Both the position numbers and the translations under genes were made by a program. Under the pieces are notes generated by a model that saw nothing but the letters and a program-made list of their open reading frames with translations, did not search any database and had not been told where the DNA came from. Positions 40,559 through 51,161 of a stretch of 64,000 nucleotides of DNA are shown here, piece after piece. Source of the DNA: an uncultured Chloroflexia bacterium (lineage in GTDB: Bacteria > Chloroflexota > Chloroflexia > QHBQ01 > JADMIH01); assembly GCA_963797095.1 (NCBI GenBank), contig CAWCNY010000002.1, forward strand, positions 384,001 through 448,000. Direction: 5' to 3'. Within the stretch, counting starts at the first letter, position 1. Every line of letters starts with the position of its first letter.

Positions 40559-43500
40559 CTACGGCGTGCAAGCCGGTAGGAAGGTGTTCGCCACTATCTT
40601 GCCGGCTTGGCCGCGCGTAGCAAAGTCGTTGGGGCGGAAATAAGGCAAGCTGCTCGCGCCGCAAGGCTCGCCCGGCCCACCACACGGATAGCCGTTCATC
40701 ACATCGCGTGTCGCCAACCGCCCGATGTAATCGTAGAAGGTAGAGCCGGGAGATATGTCCTCGAATGCCTGCCCCGTAACAGTCTCATTGAAGCCCGCCG
40801 ATTCCGATACCAGCTTGGCGATTTGCCCTCGTGTCGCCCCCGTATTGGGGCGGAAATAAGGCAAGCTGCTCGCGCCACAAGGCTCGCCCGGCCCCCCACA
40901 TGGGTAGCCCGCCACAACGCCATGCGCTACAAGCCTCTCTATTGCTTCGTAGAAGGGCGACCCGGGCGGGATGTCCTCGAAACTCTGCCCGCTGACGGCT
41001 TCATTGAAACCTGCGGCCCCGGCCACTATCTTGGCGATCTGCCCGCGAGTGATGCCACTCCCCGGCCTGAAATACGGGTCGCTACTTGTGCCGCAAGGCT
41101 CGCCCGGCCCACCGCAAGGGTACCCCGACACGATCCCGCGACACGCCAGGCAAAGCACCTGATCATAGAAAGTGTGGCCTGGGGGCACGTCCTGGAAGTA
41201 TATGGCACAGGCAGTGGGCGTGCTGCTGGGAACCGTCGTAGCGGTCAAAGTCGATGTCGCGATCGCAGTAGAGCTCTTTGTAGGGATATTTGTATTCGTG
41301 CTCGTGGCTGTGCTTGTACTCACAGGCACGGTTGCCGTGCTCGTAGCTGTGCTCGTTTCCGTGGCCGGCATAGGAGTGTCACTCGGCATCGCCGTATTTG
41401 TGGCAGTAGCCGAAGGGAGTGGCGTGCTTGTGCTTGTGCTGGCAGCGATGGTTTGGGTTGGTGTAGGAGTAGACGTGCTTGTATTTGTGGCCGGGATGGC
41501 GGTATTCGTGGGAGTGTCGGTGCTTGAAGGGGTGGCCGTCATGGTAGGAGAGGGAGAGCACGACCCGATATATCTCTCAACAAGCGTTTGGTCTACCCAG
41601 TAACCGTAATATTGCTCCCCTACTGCCCAAATCTCATTAGGAGAGATCGCCACCACGTCATTCAGGATATCGACCGCCGTAGGATCGGTAATAGGATCGG
41701 GGAGCGAGGTCCAGGAGGAACCATCCCAATGCAAGACCACGCCATCAACATAGTCGTCGTTGCCTACTGCCCATACATCGTTGCTTCCTACGGCCGCTAT
41801 CCCCAGCAATTCTATTCTGCCGGGGAATGGAATGTCTTGAAGCATCCAGGAGGAGCCGTCCCAGTGGAGTGCGATGGGTCTTCTGCCTGCCACTGCATCA
41901 TAGGAATTACCGACAGCCCATATATCGTTGTCCGACACCGCCGATATGCTATTGAGATGGTTTTCGCCGTCTCCCGGGCTTGGGCTTGTTACTGTGTTCC
42001 ATGTCGTGCCGTTCCAATGCATGACCAGAGTCTGGCTGTTGAGACCGGCGGTGGTTCCACCAACAGCCCACACATTGTCGCTTGAAATCGCAAGCACTCC
42101 GCCCAGGCCCCCCGGCGGACCCGCTGTCTGGGTCCAGGAGCTTCCATCCCAATGTAAGATGAGGCCCCTGTAGGTGTTAGAACTATCCTGATAATCTCCC
42201 ACAGTCCACACATCGTTGGCAGATACACCATCTACTGCATAGAGACCCGCATTCCTTATGTCAGGGCTCGGGGTGGGTATGCGTGTCCAACTTGTGCCAT
42301 CCCAATGCATGGTGATAGTCTGATATAGTGGGATTGTCTGGCCTACAGCCCATACATCGTCCTGCGAGATAATTGCTACATCGTAGAGATAAGGATAGGA
42401 GTCCTGCTGCTCGTAAGGCATCGGAACAACTTGCCAGGAGCTTCCATTCCAATGCTCCGCTACTGTTCCTGTGATCGACCAATTGTAAAGAAACCGGCCT
42501 ACGGCCCATATATCATCAGATGAGAGCGCATCCACACCCGCCAGAGAATTCATGCTGGCTGCGGGGTTGGGGCTGCCTATGATATGGAGGCCCGGCTCAC
42601 ACACTACGGGAGGCGGGCACCATTGGCTGTAATGAACCACCAGTGTATATGGGTCCCCATCCGTGCTATTACCCACCGCCCATATATCCTGAGATGAGAC
42701 AGCGGCAATATCCCATAGTGCCCCCTCTTCGAGTGAGGGATTAGGGCTGTCTACCATGCTCCACTGCGTACCGTCCCAGTGTTCGACGCGTGTGTTCCCG
42801 TAATGATTTTCTCCAATCACCCACGCATCATCCGGGGCCAATGCTTCAACACCGTAAAACTGGACATTATCCACGCCCCACTGCTCAGTCCAGGTTGAGC
42901 CATCCCAATGGCAAATAACCCCGCGTAATGTGCCCTCGCCATCCCAGAAGGTGCCCGCAGCCCAAATATCGTCGGAAGAAATCGCGCTTACATCGTAGAG
43001 CATCACGTTTTCGATGGTCTGGGGCATAACTGTCCAACCGGTGCCATCCCAATGGACGATCAGTGCATCAGCCAGGTTAGCACCGGCTTCGTAGCCTACC
43101 GCCCATACATCATCCTGTGCTAAGGCTGTGATACCGTACAGGCCGTATACCTCAGGTGGTGAACCACCCACATCTACAATGCTCCAACCGGTACCATCCC
43201 AGTGTATGATCATTGCAGTATCAGATAAAAAATAACCGGCTGAGCCTACAGCCCAAATGTCGTCGGATGAGATCGTGGCAATGGCACGCAGATAGTAGTT
43301 TCCTTGTTGGGCCGGGTTAGGCACTGTGTTCCAATCGCTGCCGTCCCAGTGCGCGATAGCAGCGCCGCCATACGTCTTGCTGCCCACGGCCCACACATTG
43401 TCTGAAGTGATCGCTGCGACGTCTTCATAGGTTACGTCAGATACCACGGCGGTATTCGTTATTGTCATCCATACAGCGCCGTCCCAGTGCTCTATGGTTT

Positions 43501-43729
43501 GTTGCCCTACGATCCAAACATCGTCGGTGGCTAGGGCGCTAACGCCATGCAATTCCCTGGGCAATACAGGGCTGTTGACCGCGTTCCACGTCTGCAAACA
43601 CCCTTCAGGTGTTGGCGATGGCGTTGCGGAGTTGGCTGCCAGCGCCGCTTCGCCCTTCGCGGCGGTTGCTCCTGCGGCGAGATAGGCCACAATAGCAGAT
43701 GCAACGAGCGTGATGGCAACTGCAAACAT
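40559..43729 (-). CDS. Secreted beta-propeller-like repeat protein (DxWAVG...HWDGxxW repeats) with SLH domains
   Basis: About 14 repeats of D(I/V)WAVG..HW(D/N)G..W in two blocks, S/T/P linker, SLH repeats with YPCGGPGEPC. Confidence 0.85.
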   Translation of the reverse strand: MFAVAITLVASAIVAYLAAGATAAKGEAALAANSATPSPTPEGCLQTWNAVNSPVLPRELHGVSALATDDVWIVGQQTIEHWDGAVWMTITNTAVVSDVTYEDVAAITSDNVWAVGSKTYGGAAIAHWDGSDWNTVPNPAQQGNYYLRAIATISSDDIWAVGSAGYFLSDTAMIIHWDGTGWSIVDVGGSPPEVYGLYGITALAQDDVWAVGYEAGANLADALIVHWDGTGWTVMPQTIENVMLYDVSAISSDDIWAAGTFWDGEGTLRGVICHWDGSTWTEQWGVDNVQFYGVEALAPDDAWVIGENHYGNTRVEHWDGTQWSMVDSPNPSLEEGALWDIAAVSSQDIWAVGNSTDGDPYTLVVHYSQWCPPPVVCEPGLHIIGSPNPAASMNSLAGVDALSSDDIWAVGRFLYNWSITGTVAEHWNGSSWQVVPMPYEQQDSYPYLYDVAIISQDDVWAVGQTIPLYQTITMHWDGTSWTRIPTPSPDIRNAGLYAVDGVSANDVWTVGDYQDSSNTYRGLILHWDGSSWTQTAGPPGGLGGVLAISSDNVWAVGGTTAGLNSQTLVMHWNGTTWNTVTSPSPGDGENHLNSISAVSDNDIWAVGNSYDAVAGRRPIALHWDGSSWMLQDIPFPGRIELLGIAAVGSNDVWAVGNDDYVDGVVLHWDGSSWTSLPDPITDPTAVDILNDVVAISPNEIWAVGEQYYGYWVDQTLVERYIGSCSPSPTMTATPSSTDTPTNTAIPATNTSTSTPTPTQTIAASTSTSTPLPSATATNTAMPSDTPMPATETSTATSTATVPVSTSTATSTNTNIPTKSSTAIATSTLTATTVPSSTPTACAIYFQDVPPGHTFYDQVLCLACRGIVSGYPCGGPGEPCGTSSDPYFRPGSGITRGQIAKIVAGAAGFNEAVSGQSFEDIPPGSPFYEAIERLVAHGVVAGYPCGGPGEPCGASSLPYFRPNTGATRGQIAKLVSESAGFNETVTGQAFEDISPGSTFYDYIGRLATRDVMNGYPCGGPGEPCGASSLPYFRPNDFATRGQAGKIVANTFLPACTP

Positions 43730-43979
43730 AGAAAGAGCCGGGGTCGTGTGCGTTGCGCTCCCAACCTTCCGGCTCCTGCAAATAGCTCCTATCCATAGGT
43801 TTTCTTACTCCCGCTGCGATGGCCCGCTCATGCTACACACCGAGCATCATCGCTCTTAGGCCTGCCGGCACCTGGATTACCTTAACCCAGTTTAGTGCAG
43901 GATTACCCACCGGTAAATGGGTAAAAAGTAAGAACCCCTGTTAGGAGATTTGTAACGTATACTTATTTTTCAGAAGAAT

Positions 43980-44603
<624 letters not shown>

Positions 44604-44774
44604 CTATCTATTGCTTCCTCTATTTATCCGCTGCCGCAACGCCCAATCTATCTCAGTCTATTGGCGCGTCCGCAATCGTTGAGGTGCGTGGATCTTACAC
44701 CGTGCCCATGCAGGAGTCAAGCGGGTGCTAAGAATGGTGTGCGGGCCAGGGCCTTTACTTACCACTCCAAATTG

Positions 44775-44810
44775 TGCTATACTGATAACGATTTAGCAAC
44801 TACTTAATCG
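44775..44810 (+). promoter_or_regulatory. Probable ArsR/SmtB operator-promoter
   Basis: Extended -10 TGcTATACT (44775-44783) followed by imperfect inverted repeat CGATTTAG-N6-CTTAATCG. Confidence 0.45.
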
Positions 44811-44824
44811 AAGTGGTGAAACTT

Positions 44825-45286
44825 ATGGACAAAGATCAAGATAACAGTTCAGTAGCGTCCGCGACCATCACCCAGGAAGATGAGGATGCCCTGTGTGACG
44901 TGCGTTGCGTCCACCCCGACCGGGTGATTATGGGGCGCGCCTTGCTCCTCCCTGACGCCGAATACTCGTCGCTGGCGGGCATATTCGCGGCTCTCGCCGA
45001 CCCTACGCGTGCCAAAATCGTCTATAGCATCCTGCACCAGGAGCTTTGCACTTGCGACCTCGCCGCCATCACGGGCATCAGTGAATCGGCTGTGTCTCAG
45101 CACCTGGCCGTGCTGCGCCGCCTTCGCCTCGTAAAGAACCGGCGTGCAGGCAAAGTAGTCTACTACGCTCTCGATGACCCGCACATTGACGCCCTTCTCC
45201 AGGTGTGTCTCGAACACATTCGAGATAGCCGCGATATGCCGGAGACCGCCCAGGCGAAAGGTAAATCCGAAGCCCGAAACGGGTAA
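44825..45286 (+). CDS. ArsR/SmtB (CadC-like) metal-sensing repressor
   Basis: CDVRCVH, FAALADPTR, ELCTCDL, SAVSQHL..LR, GKVVYY.LDDPH. Confidence 0.9.
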   Translation: MDKDQDNSSVASATITQEDEDALCDVRCVHPDRVIMGRALLLPDAEYSSLAGIFAALADPTRAKIVYSILHQELCTCDLAAITGISESAVSQHLAVLRRLRLVKNRRAGKVVYYALDDPHIDALLQVCLEHIRDSRDMPETAQAKGKSEARNG

Positions 45287-45292
45287 TAAAAA

Positions 45293-47446
45293 ATGCCCAG
45301 GACGCTTGATTTCACAGTCGAAGGGATGGATTGCGCCGATTGCGCTCTAACCATCGAAAAAGCCGTATCCGCCCTGCCGGGGGTCGGTTCCGCGACCGTC
45401 AACTTCGGTTCGGCGCGCCTTTCGGTTGTGCCTGCCGGTGCGGATGCCGGGCGTCTCCCTCCGCTCGTTGAGCGGAAGGTGAGCGAAGCCGGGTATCGCG
45501 CTACTCCCCTTGCTGAGCGCGCGGCCCTGGCTCAAATCCCGTTCTGGCGTCGCGAGCGGCGTGTGCTCACCACTGCCGCAGGCGCGGTGTTCGCTCTCGC
45601 CGCCTTCGTGCTCTCCTTTATCGGCCTTCCCGCGTGGGTTTCGAACACGCTTTTCGGGATCGCCATTGTGGTGGCGGGATTTGGCTTCGCCAGGGCCGGC
45701 CTACTTGCGGTCCGGTCGTTGCGGGCCGATATGAACCTGCTGATGACCATCGCGGTTATGGGAGCCGCCGCCATCGGCGATTGGGGCGAGGCCGCGACCG
45801 TGGTCCTCCTTTTCGCATTCGGCGGCACTCTCCAGTCATATACTCTTGAGCGCACGCGATCCAGCATTCGCGGCCTCATGGACCTCTCTCCCCCAACGGC
45901 GCTGGTGCGTCGCCCGGACAAATCGGGCGGCTTGCCCATCCTCCGCGAAATGCGTCTCCCTGTCGAAGATGTAGCCGTAGGCGAGATCGTGGTCGTAGGC
46001 CCCGGCGAGCGCCTTCCCCTGGATGGCGTCGTGACAGGCGGCACATCCTCGATTGACCAATCGCCAATCACTGGCGAAAGTGTGCCGGTGGATGTCACCC
46101 AGGGTGCCGAAGTGTTCGCGGGCACAATCAACGGCTCCGGCGTGCTGGATGTGCGCGTCACCCGTCCATCGGGCGATACCGCGCTTGCTCGCATTATCGG
46201 CCTTGTGGAGGAAGCCCAGGCCAACCGCGCCCCTTCGCAGCAACTGGTGGACCGCTTCTCGGCCATATACACGCCGGTCGTGATCATTGGAGCGTTTCTG
46301 ATTGCGATAGTGCCTCCGCTCCTCTTTGCCCAGCCGTTCGCCGAGTGGTTCTACAGGGCGCTGGTGTTGCTGGTGGTGGCCTGCCCCTGCGCGCTTGTTA
46401 TCTCTACTCCTGTCAGCATCGTGTCGGCAATAGGGGCTGCCACCCGCCGGGGCGTCCTGATCAAGGGCGGGGCCGCCCTCGAAGCCCTGGGAAAGACCGG
46501 CATTGTCGCTTTCGACAAGACGGGCACGCTCACCTGGGGCAGGCCGCACGTGGTGGGGGTGTACTCGCTCGATGGCGACCCTGACCACCTGCTGGCTCTC
46601 GCCGCTACGGTAGAGGCGCGATCCGAGCACCCGCTGGCCCGTGCCATTCTCCATGCCGCCCGCGACCTCAAATCAAATAATCATTTAAAGGCTGAGGACT
46701 TCGCCTCCTTGCCGGGCCTGGGCGCTCGCGCCCGCGTGGACGGCCAGGAGGTGTACGTGGGGAACACGCGCCTCTTCCGCGAGCGCAATATTCCCCTCCA
46801 CGGTGTCACATCGACCCTGGACAAGCTGGAATCCGAGGGCAAGACCGCCGTGCTGGCCGGTACTCCCACGTCCATGCTTGGGGTGATTGCTCTCGCCGAT
46901 ACGCCACGCCCCGAAGCCGCCCCTGCCATACGGCAACTGCGCGAGGCGGGCGTGCGCCACGTCGCCATGCTCACAGGGGACAACGCCAGCACCGCCCAAT
47001 CGATCTCGAAAAGTGTGGGCCTCGACACTTTCCGCGCCGAGCTACTGCCCGCCGAGAAGGTGGATGCTGTGCGCGATTTGCGCCGGGAGTACGGGCCGAT
47101 AGCCATGCTTGGCGATGGTGTGAACGACGCGCCCGCGCTGGCCGTGGCCGATGTGGGTATCGCTATGGGCATGGCGGGCACCGACGCTGCCCTCGAAGTG
47201 GCCGATGTGGCCTTGATGAGCGACAATCTGTCGCAACTCGACTACGCCATCCTTCTTTCGCGCAAAGCTGTGTCGGTTATCCGCCAGAACATAACGATCT
47301 CTCTTGGGATCAAGCTGCTGGCCCTCCTGCTGGCAATTATCGGCACTCTTCCCCTCTGGGCCGCGATCCTGGCCGATATGGGCGTCTCTCTACTTGTCAC
47401 CCTCAACGGAATGACTTTGCTCGCCTACAAAGGGAAGCAAGCCTGA
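45293..47446 (+). CDS. Heavy-metal P1B-type ATPase (Cd/Zn/Pb, CadA/ZntA-like)
   Basis: GMDCADC, TGES, ACPCAL, DKTGTLT, SEHPLA, GDGVNDAP, K and ADMG in the final TMs. Confidence 0.93.
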   Translation: MPRTLDFTVEGMDCADCALTIEKAVSALPGVGSATVNFGSARLSVVPAGADAGRLPPLVERKVSEAGYRATPLAERAALAQIPFWRRERRVLTTAAGAVFALAAFVLSFIGLPAWVSNTLFGIAIVVAGFGFARAGLLAVRSLRADMNLLMTIAVMGAAAIGDWGEAATVVLLFAFGGTLQSYTLERTRSSIRGLMDLSPPTALVRRPDKSGGLPILREMRLPVEDVAVGEIVVVGPGERLPLDGVVTGGTSSIDQSPITGESVPVDVTQGAEVFAGTINGSGVLDVRVTRPSGDTALARIIGLVEEAQANRAPSQQLVDRFSAIYTPVVIIGAFLIAIVPPLLFAQPFAEWFYRALVLLVVACPCALVISTPVSIVSAIGAATRRGVLIKGGAALEALGKTGIVAFDKTGTLTWGRPHVVGVYSLDGDPDHLLALAATVEARSEHPLARAILHAARDLKSNNHLKAEDFASLPGLGARARVDGQEVYVGNTRLFRERNIPLHGVTSTLDKLESEGKTAVLAGTPTSMLGVIALADTPRPEAAPAIRQLREAGVRHVAMLTGDNASTAQSISKSVGLDTFRAELLPAEKVDAVRDLRREYGPIAMLGDGVNDAPALAVADVGIAMGMAGTDAALEVADVALMSDNLSQLDYAILLSRKAVSVIRQNITISLGIKLLALLLAIIGTLPLWAAILADMGVSLLVTLNGMTLLAYKGKQA

Positions 47447-47499
47447 GCCTTTACCGCTTCTGTCGAAAACTATCGTACAACAGATTGGGGACGACCAGA

Positions 47500-47626
47500 G
47501 ACCCCCCCCGAAATTTGGGGGGGCTTTCCAAAAAGAGCGAAAATGGCGGCTTCGCCGCCATTTTCGCTCTTTTTGGAAGTAGATTGCACGCCTGCGAAGC
47601 TGAATCAAAATTCGGGATGACCCATG
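47500..47626. repeat. MITE-like dispersed repeat, copy 2 (left end missing)
   Basis: Same order of C/G hairpin, 25-bp hairpin, GTAGATTGCACG.CTGCGAAGCTG and AAAATTCGGGATGACCCATG as at 23705-23836. Confidence 0.75.
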
Positions 47627-47667
47627 TTTAGAGCGTCCTTTTCCAGTATTCTGAGGAGGGATGGGGT

Positions 47668-48690
47668 TTAGAGAGGCTTGCGGTAGACTGTTTCAGTCCG
47701 TGTCACCTCAAAGCCCATTTTCTTGTACAGTTCAAGCGCGCCGTTGGGGTTCTGCGCGTCCACGCTCAGGGCGGTCTCGGTCATCCCCAGCTCTTTTTGG
47801 AGATTCATGCTGCGAGCCATCAAAGCTCGCGCCAGGCCGCGCCTTCGCCAGGGGCGGCGCACGCTGATATTCTCGGTATAGCCGCGCTGGCGACCGTGCT
47901 CGCGGTTTTCGATGTCATTGATGAACGTGCGCACCATCCCTGCCACCTCGCCTGTAGCTGTGTCCCAGGCCACCTGCCAGTACTCAGGCTGGAAGGGTGT
48001 TTCGCTCTTCCATCGCTCGAAGTCGCCTTCCTGAGGCTCGTCTGCGCCCCAGTGATCGCGGAACGCCTCAGCCTCGGCCTCCCATACAGCGTGCAAATTA
48101 TCCGGCTCGACCTTGCGTGCCTCAAGCCCCTCCGGCATCGGCACGTCCGGTATATCGTCCAGGTTGGGCCGCACCATATCGTAGCCTGCGCGTACCGGCT
48201 TGTACCCTTCGTCTTCCAGCAGAGCTTTCAAGCCTACCAGCCTGTCGGTAGTAAAAGTATCAAACCACCTGGGACCAGTATCTGGGTGCTCGGCTGCCAT
48301 TTCGCGGCTGCGTGCCTCGCTGTGTCTGATCAATGCCCTGCCGATCCCTTTGCCGCGCCATTCCGGAAGCAAGAAACCGAAGTGCTGGTATACTCGCGTG
48401 CCGTCCAGCTCCTGCCACCATGTGACACGCTTGTACCCGATTAGCTCGTCGTCCATTTCCACCATCACCATATCGTTGGCGGCATCGCTATTCCTCAGAT
48501 TGGAGTAGGCGCTGCTCAGCGACTCCTCCGTGGCGACGCGCTCGTTACCGTCATACGGATCGACGACATTTAGAACTCGAACCATCTCCGGGATATCCTC
48601 CACGCCCCGAAACCTGCGGAAGCGTAGCCCCGGAATATCAGGTGCGCCCGGCACCTCTACCAATTCGTCCGTTTGTGTGTCTAATGACAT
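47668..48690 (-). CDS. Tandem-domain GNAT N-acetyltransferase
   Basis: Two acetyl-CoA motifs (PEWRGKGIG; RPWRRRGLA) and NPNGALELYKKMGF. Start MSLD after GGAG. Confidence 0.88.
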   Translation of the reverse strand: MSLDTQTDELVEVPGAPDIPGLRFRRFRGVEDIPEMVRVLNVVDPYDGNERVATEESLSSAYSNLRNSDAANDMVMVEMDDELIGYKRVTWWQELDGTRVYQHFGFLLPEWRGKGIGRALIRHSEARSREMAAEHPDTGPRWFDTFTTDRLVGLKALLEDEGYKPVRAGYDMVRPNLDDIPDVPMPEGLEARKVEPDNLHAVWEAEAEAFRDHWGADEPQEGDFERWKSETPFQPEYWQVAWDTATGEVAGMVRTFINDIENREHGRQRGYTENISVRRPWRRRGLARALMARSMNLQKELGMTETALSVDAQNPNGALELYKKMGFEVTRTETVYRKPL

Positions 48691-49008
48691 TGTTCTTCTC
48701 CTACCGCAAAGCAACTTACGTGTGCGGCCAACAAGTACGGCCACCAAGACCTCCTCTAAATACGGCTATATCCCCGCCCATTATATGAACCCTTCCAGCC
48801 CTCCAACAGAACCCACAGACCCATCTTCTATCCGACCTAAGAAGTAGATACTCCCGAATACACCTTCACAGAAAAACCACCCGAAAGTACACCCTAAAAC
48901 CTGCCCAGTTTTGTCCCACCAATGCCATTAAGTATATGGGGGAAGAATAGCCACCTCACCAAAGGAACACCAAAATGCCGAGCAACCACTATCCGAAGGG
49001 TCATATTT

Positions 49009-49080
49009 GGTAGTCAGTAGTCGGTAGTCAGTAGTCGGAATAGGAACCAGGAACTTGGAACCTCCGACTACCGACTACCG
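49009..49080. repeat. Short heptamer tandem repeats forming a hairpin
   Basis: GGTAGTCAGTAGTC x2 pairs with CCGACTACCGACTACC; the loop holds AGGAACC-type heptamers. Confidence 0.7.
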
Positions 49081-49148
49081 GGAACCGATCTGCCCAGAAA
49101 GGTGTATACCATACTGAAGAACAACCTCTCCGGAGAGGATGCGGCTAA

Positions 49149-49712
49149 TTGGATAGCAACGACCTCATAAGCCGGGCGCGTCGAGGTGACGATGCAGCCT
49201 GGGAAACGTTGGTACGCGACCACCAGGAAGCGATCTTTAAACTCGCTTACCTGCTGCTAGGCGATGCCCACGACGCGGAGGACGTGGCCCAGGAAGTGTT
49301 CGTGCGGGCCTTCCGCGCCCTCAATACCTTCGACGTGATGCGTCCCTTGCGCCCCTGGCTCCTGAAAATCACCACCAATCTGGCCCACAACTACCGCAGG
49401 TCGGTTGGCCGCTATTTCGCCATGGTCAAGCGCGCCATCATCGCCTCACCTGAGCCTGTTACCACCCTGGGAGAGAGAAGCGCCCAGCAGTGGGAAGCCC
49501 AGACCCTCTGGGAGGCGGTGCGCCGCCTCAGCCAGCACGAGCAGGAAGTGGTCTACCTGCGTTACTTCCTCGACCTGTCGGAAGCCGAGATGGCTGCGGC
49601 CCTCGACGTTCCGCCCGGCACTGTCAAATCACGTTTACATCGCGCCCTGCGCCGCCTGCGCATGGTCGTGGACGAGGAGTTCCCCGCTCTACGAGAGGAG
49701 CGGTTTGTATGA
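49149..49712 (+). CDS. ECF sigma factor (SigW-like)
   Basis: DAEDVAQEVFVRAF, WLLKITTN, GTVKSRLHRA; candidate ECF promoter GGAACC-N16-TGTAT at 49081-49107. Confidence 0.92.
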   Translation: MDSNDLISRARRGDDAAWETLVRDHQEAIFKLAYLLLGDAHDAEDVAQEVFVRAFRALNTFDVMRPLRPWLLKITTNLAHNYRRSVGRYFAMVKRAIIASPEPVTTLGERSAQQWEAQTLWEAVRRLSQHEQEVVYLRYFLDLSEAEMAAALDVPPGTVKSRLHRALRRLRMVVDEEFPALREERFV

Positions 49713-51121
49713 GCAACTTGGACGAGCACCCCAACACAAAGGATGAAGGACGTGGGATAAGAAGCCCGCAAGGCTTCCACACTAACCCTACCGAAAGCAA
49801 TATGGACAGATACCTGACCAACAAAGCAAGCGCCTTTCGCTACCCGCCCACCCCCGACATAGCCTCGGCGGTGCGCAACAGGTTGGTCGAAGGCTCGTAC
49901 CGCGATAACGGGCGACCCAGGGGCAGACGCCACAGGCCCGCGCAGGCCGGGCTGGCAATGGCCCTCACAGTGGCTGTGTTGCTTGGCTCCATGTTTGTGG
50001 TGCCAGGAGCGCGTGCTTTCGTAGGCGACCTCTACGTTGGCGCGGTGCACCTGATCCTCGGCGGGCCGGACCAACCCCAGCGCGATATATCCGCCTCCAC
50101 GCCCGTAATACCAGGCGCTTCCTGGAATCCCGGCCTGGCAGGTGAGACCAACCTTGCCTCCATCGCCGGCAACTGGCCCGGCGCTCTCAAGCTCCCGACC
50201 TACCCATCCGACCTCGGTCTGCCTGACCACATCTACTATCAGAGCGTGAACTACGACCTTTTCCTCTACGTCTGGCTCGACCCTACCAACCCTGCCAGGC
50301 CACGGCTGACTCTCTACCAGGTTCCGATGACCACGGCGGCTTCCAAGATAATCCCGTCAGGCACGAGGATGACCGATGTGATGGTCGGCACCTCATATGG
50401 GGAATGGATTGACGGTCCAACAACCCTCCAACTCCAATACTACGATGCCAATGGCAGTAAGATATGGAGCGCAGACCAACTGCTCGATGGCAACACCCTC
50501 CTCTGGAAGGACATGGATAACGGCTACACTTACAAGCTTGTGGGCGATCTGACACAAGACGAGGCCATCCGCATAGCCACTTCGATGGAGCCTCTTTCTG
50601 CTCCGCCAACACCCCGGCCCACCGCCACGCCCATCTCGCCTGCCTCCCGGCTCGATCTAACGGGTGAAACGGGCCTTTATGGTCTCACTCAGCATACAGG
50701 CTTCCGGGTCAAGATCCCGGCCCTGGTTGAAATGCCGGAATTGATCCAGCCCGACAAAGTCTATTTGCAGGGCAACCCCAGCCTGCCCGATTCCGCCCAG
50801 ATGGTAGTCATGGCCTGGTTCGTGCCAGACCGCCCGGATGCGCTCCGCATGCTGCTAACGCAAGGCATGTGGGATGTATCCTACGATTACGATACCACCA
50901 CCGGCGCTGTGACAACTGCAGTGCATGGCAACCCGGCGAAATGGGTCCAGACACCGCAGAAAGTGTACGTGGATGGGCCGGACGGCACGCCAACCCTGGC
51001 CGACCGCCGCCTGATCACCAACGGCCACGCCCTGATCTGGCAGGAAGATGGCCTCTACTACAGGCTGGAAACCTCGCTCTCCCTCGACCAGGCCGTAAAG
51101 ATAGCCGAAGCCCTTCGCTGA
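49709..51121 (+). CDS. Putative anti-sigma membrane protein with two repeated extracellular domains (DUF4367-like)
   Basis: ATGA overlap with the sigma gene; YPPTPDIA; TM; duplicated LxGET..P..PD..Y / LxW...Y.L...L...A..IA domain. Confidence 0.7.
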   Translation: MSNLDEHPNTKDEGRGIRSPQGFHTNPTESNMDRYLTNKASAFRYPPTPDIASAVRNRLVEGSYRDNGRPRGRRHRPAQAGLAMALTVAVLLGSMFVVPGARAFVGDLYVGAVHLILGGPDQPQRDISASTPVIPGASWNPGLAGETNLASIAGNWPGALKLPTYPSDLGLPDHIYYQSVNYDLFLYVWLDPTNPARPRLTLYQVPMTTAASKIIPSGTRMTDVMVGTSYGEWIDGPTTLQLQYYDANGSKIWSADQLLDGNTLLWKDMDNGYTYKLVGDLTQDEAIRIATSMEPLSAPPTPRPTATPISPASRLDLTGETGLYGLTQHTGFRVKIPALVEMPELIQPDKVYLQGNPSLPDSAQMVVMAWFVPDRPDALRMLLTQGMWDVSYDYDTTTGAVTTAVHGNPAKWVQTPQKVYVDGPDGTPTLADRRLITNGHALIWQEDGLYYRLETSLSLDQAVKIAEALR

Positions 51122-51161
51122 TAGCACGATGCGCAGAGGGTGAAGTGACAGCGCCGCCGCT

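Noticed and set aside
43903-43924. Inverted repeat TTACCCA-N8-TGGGTAA upstream of the SLH gene
   Set aside because: Only 7-bp arms, one occurrence, no identifiable regulator; too weak to call.
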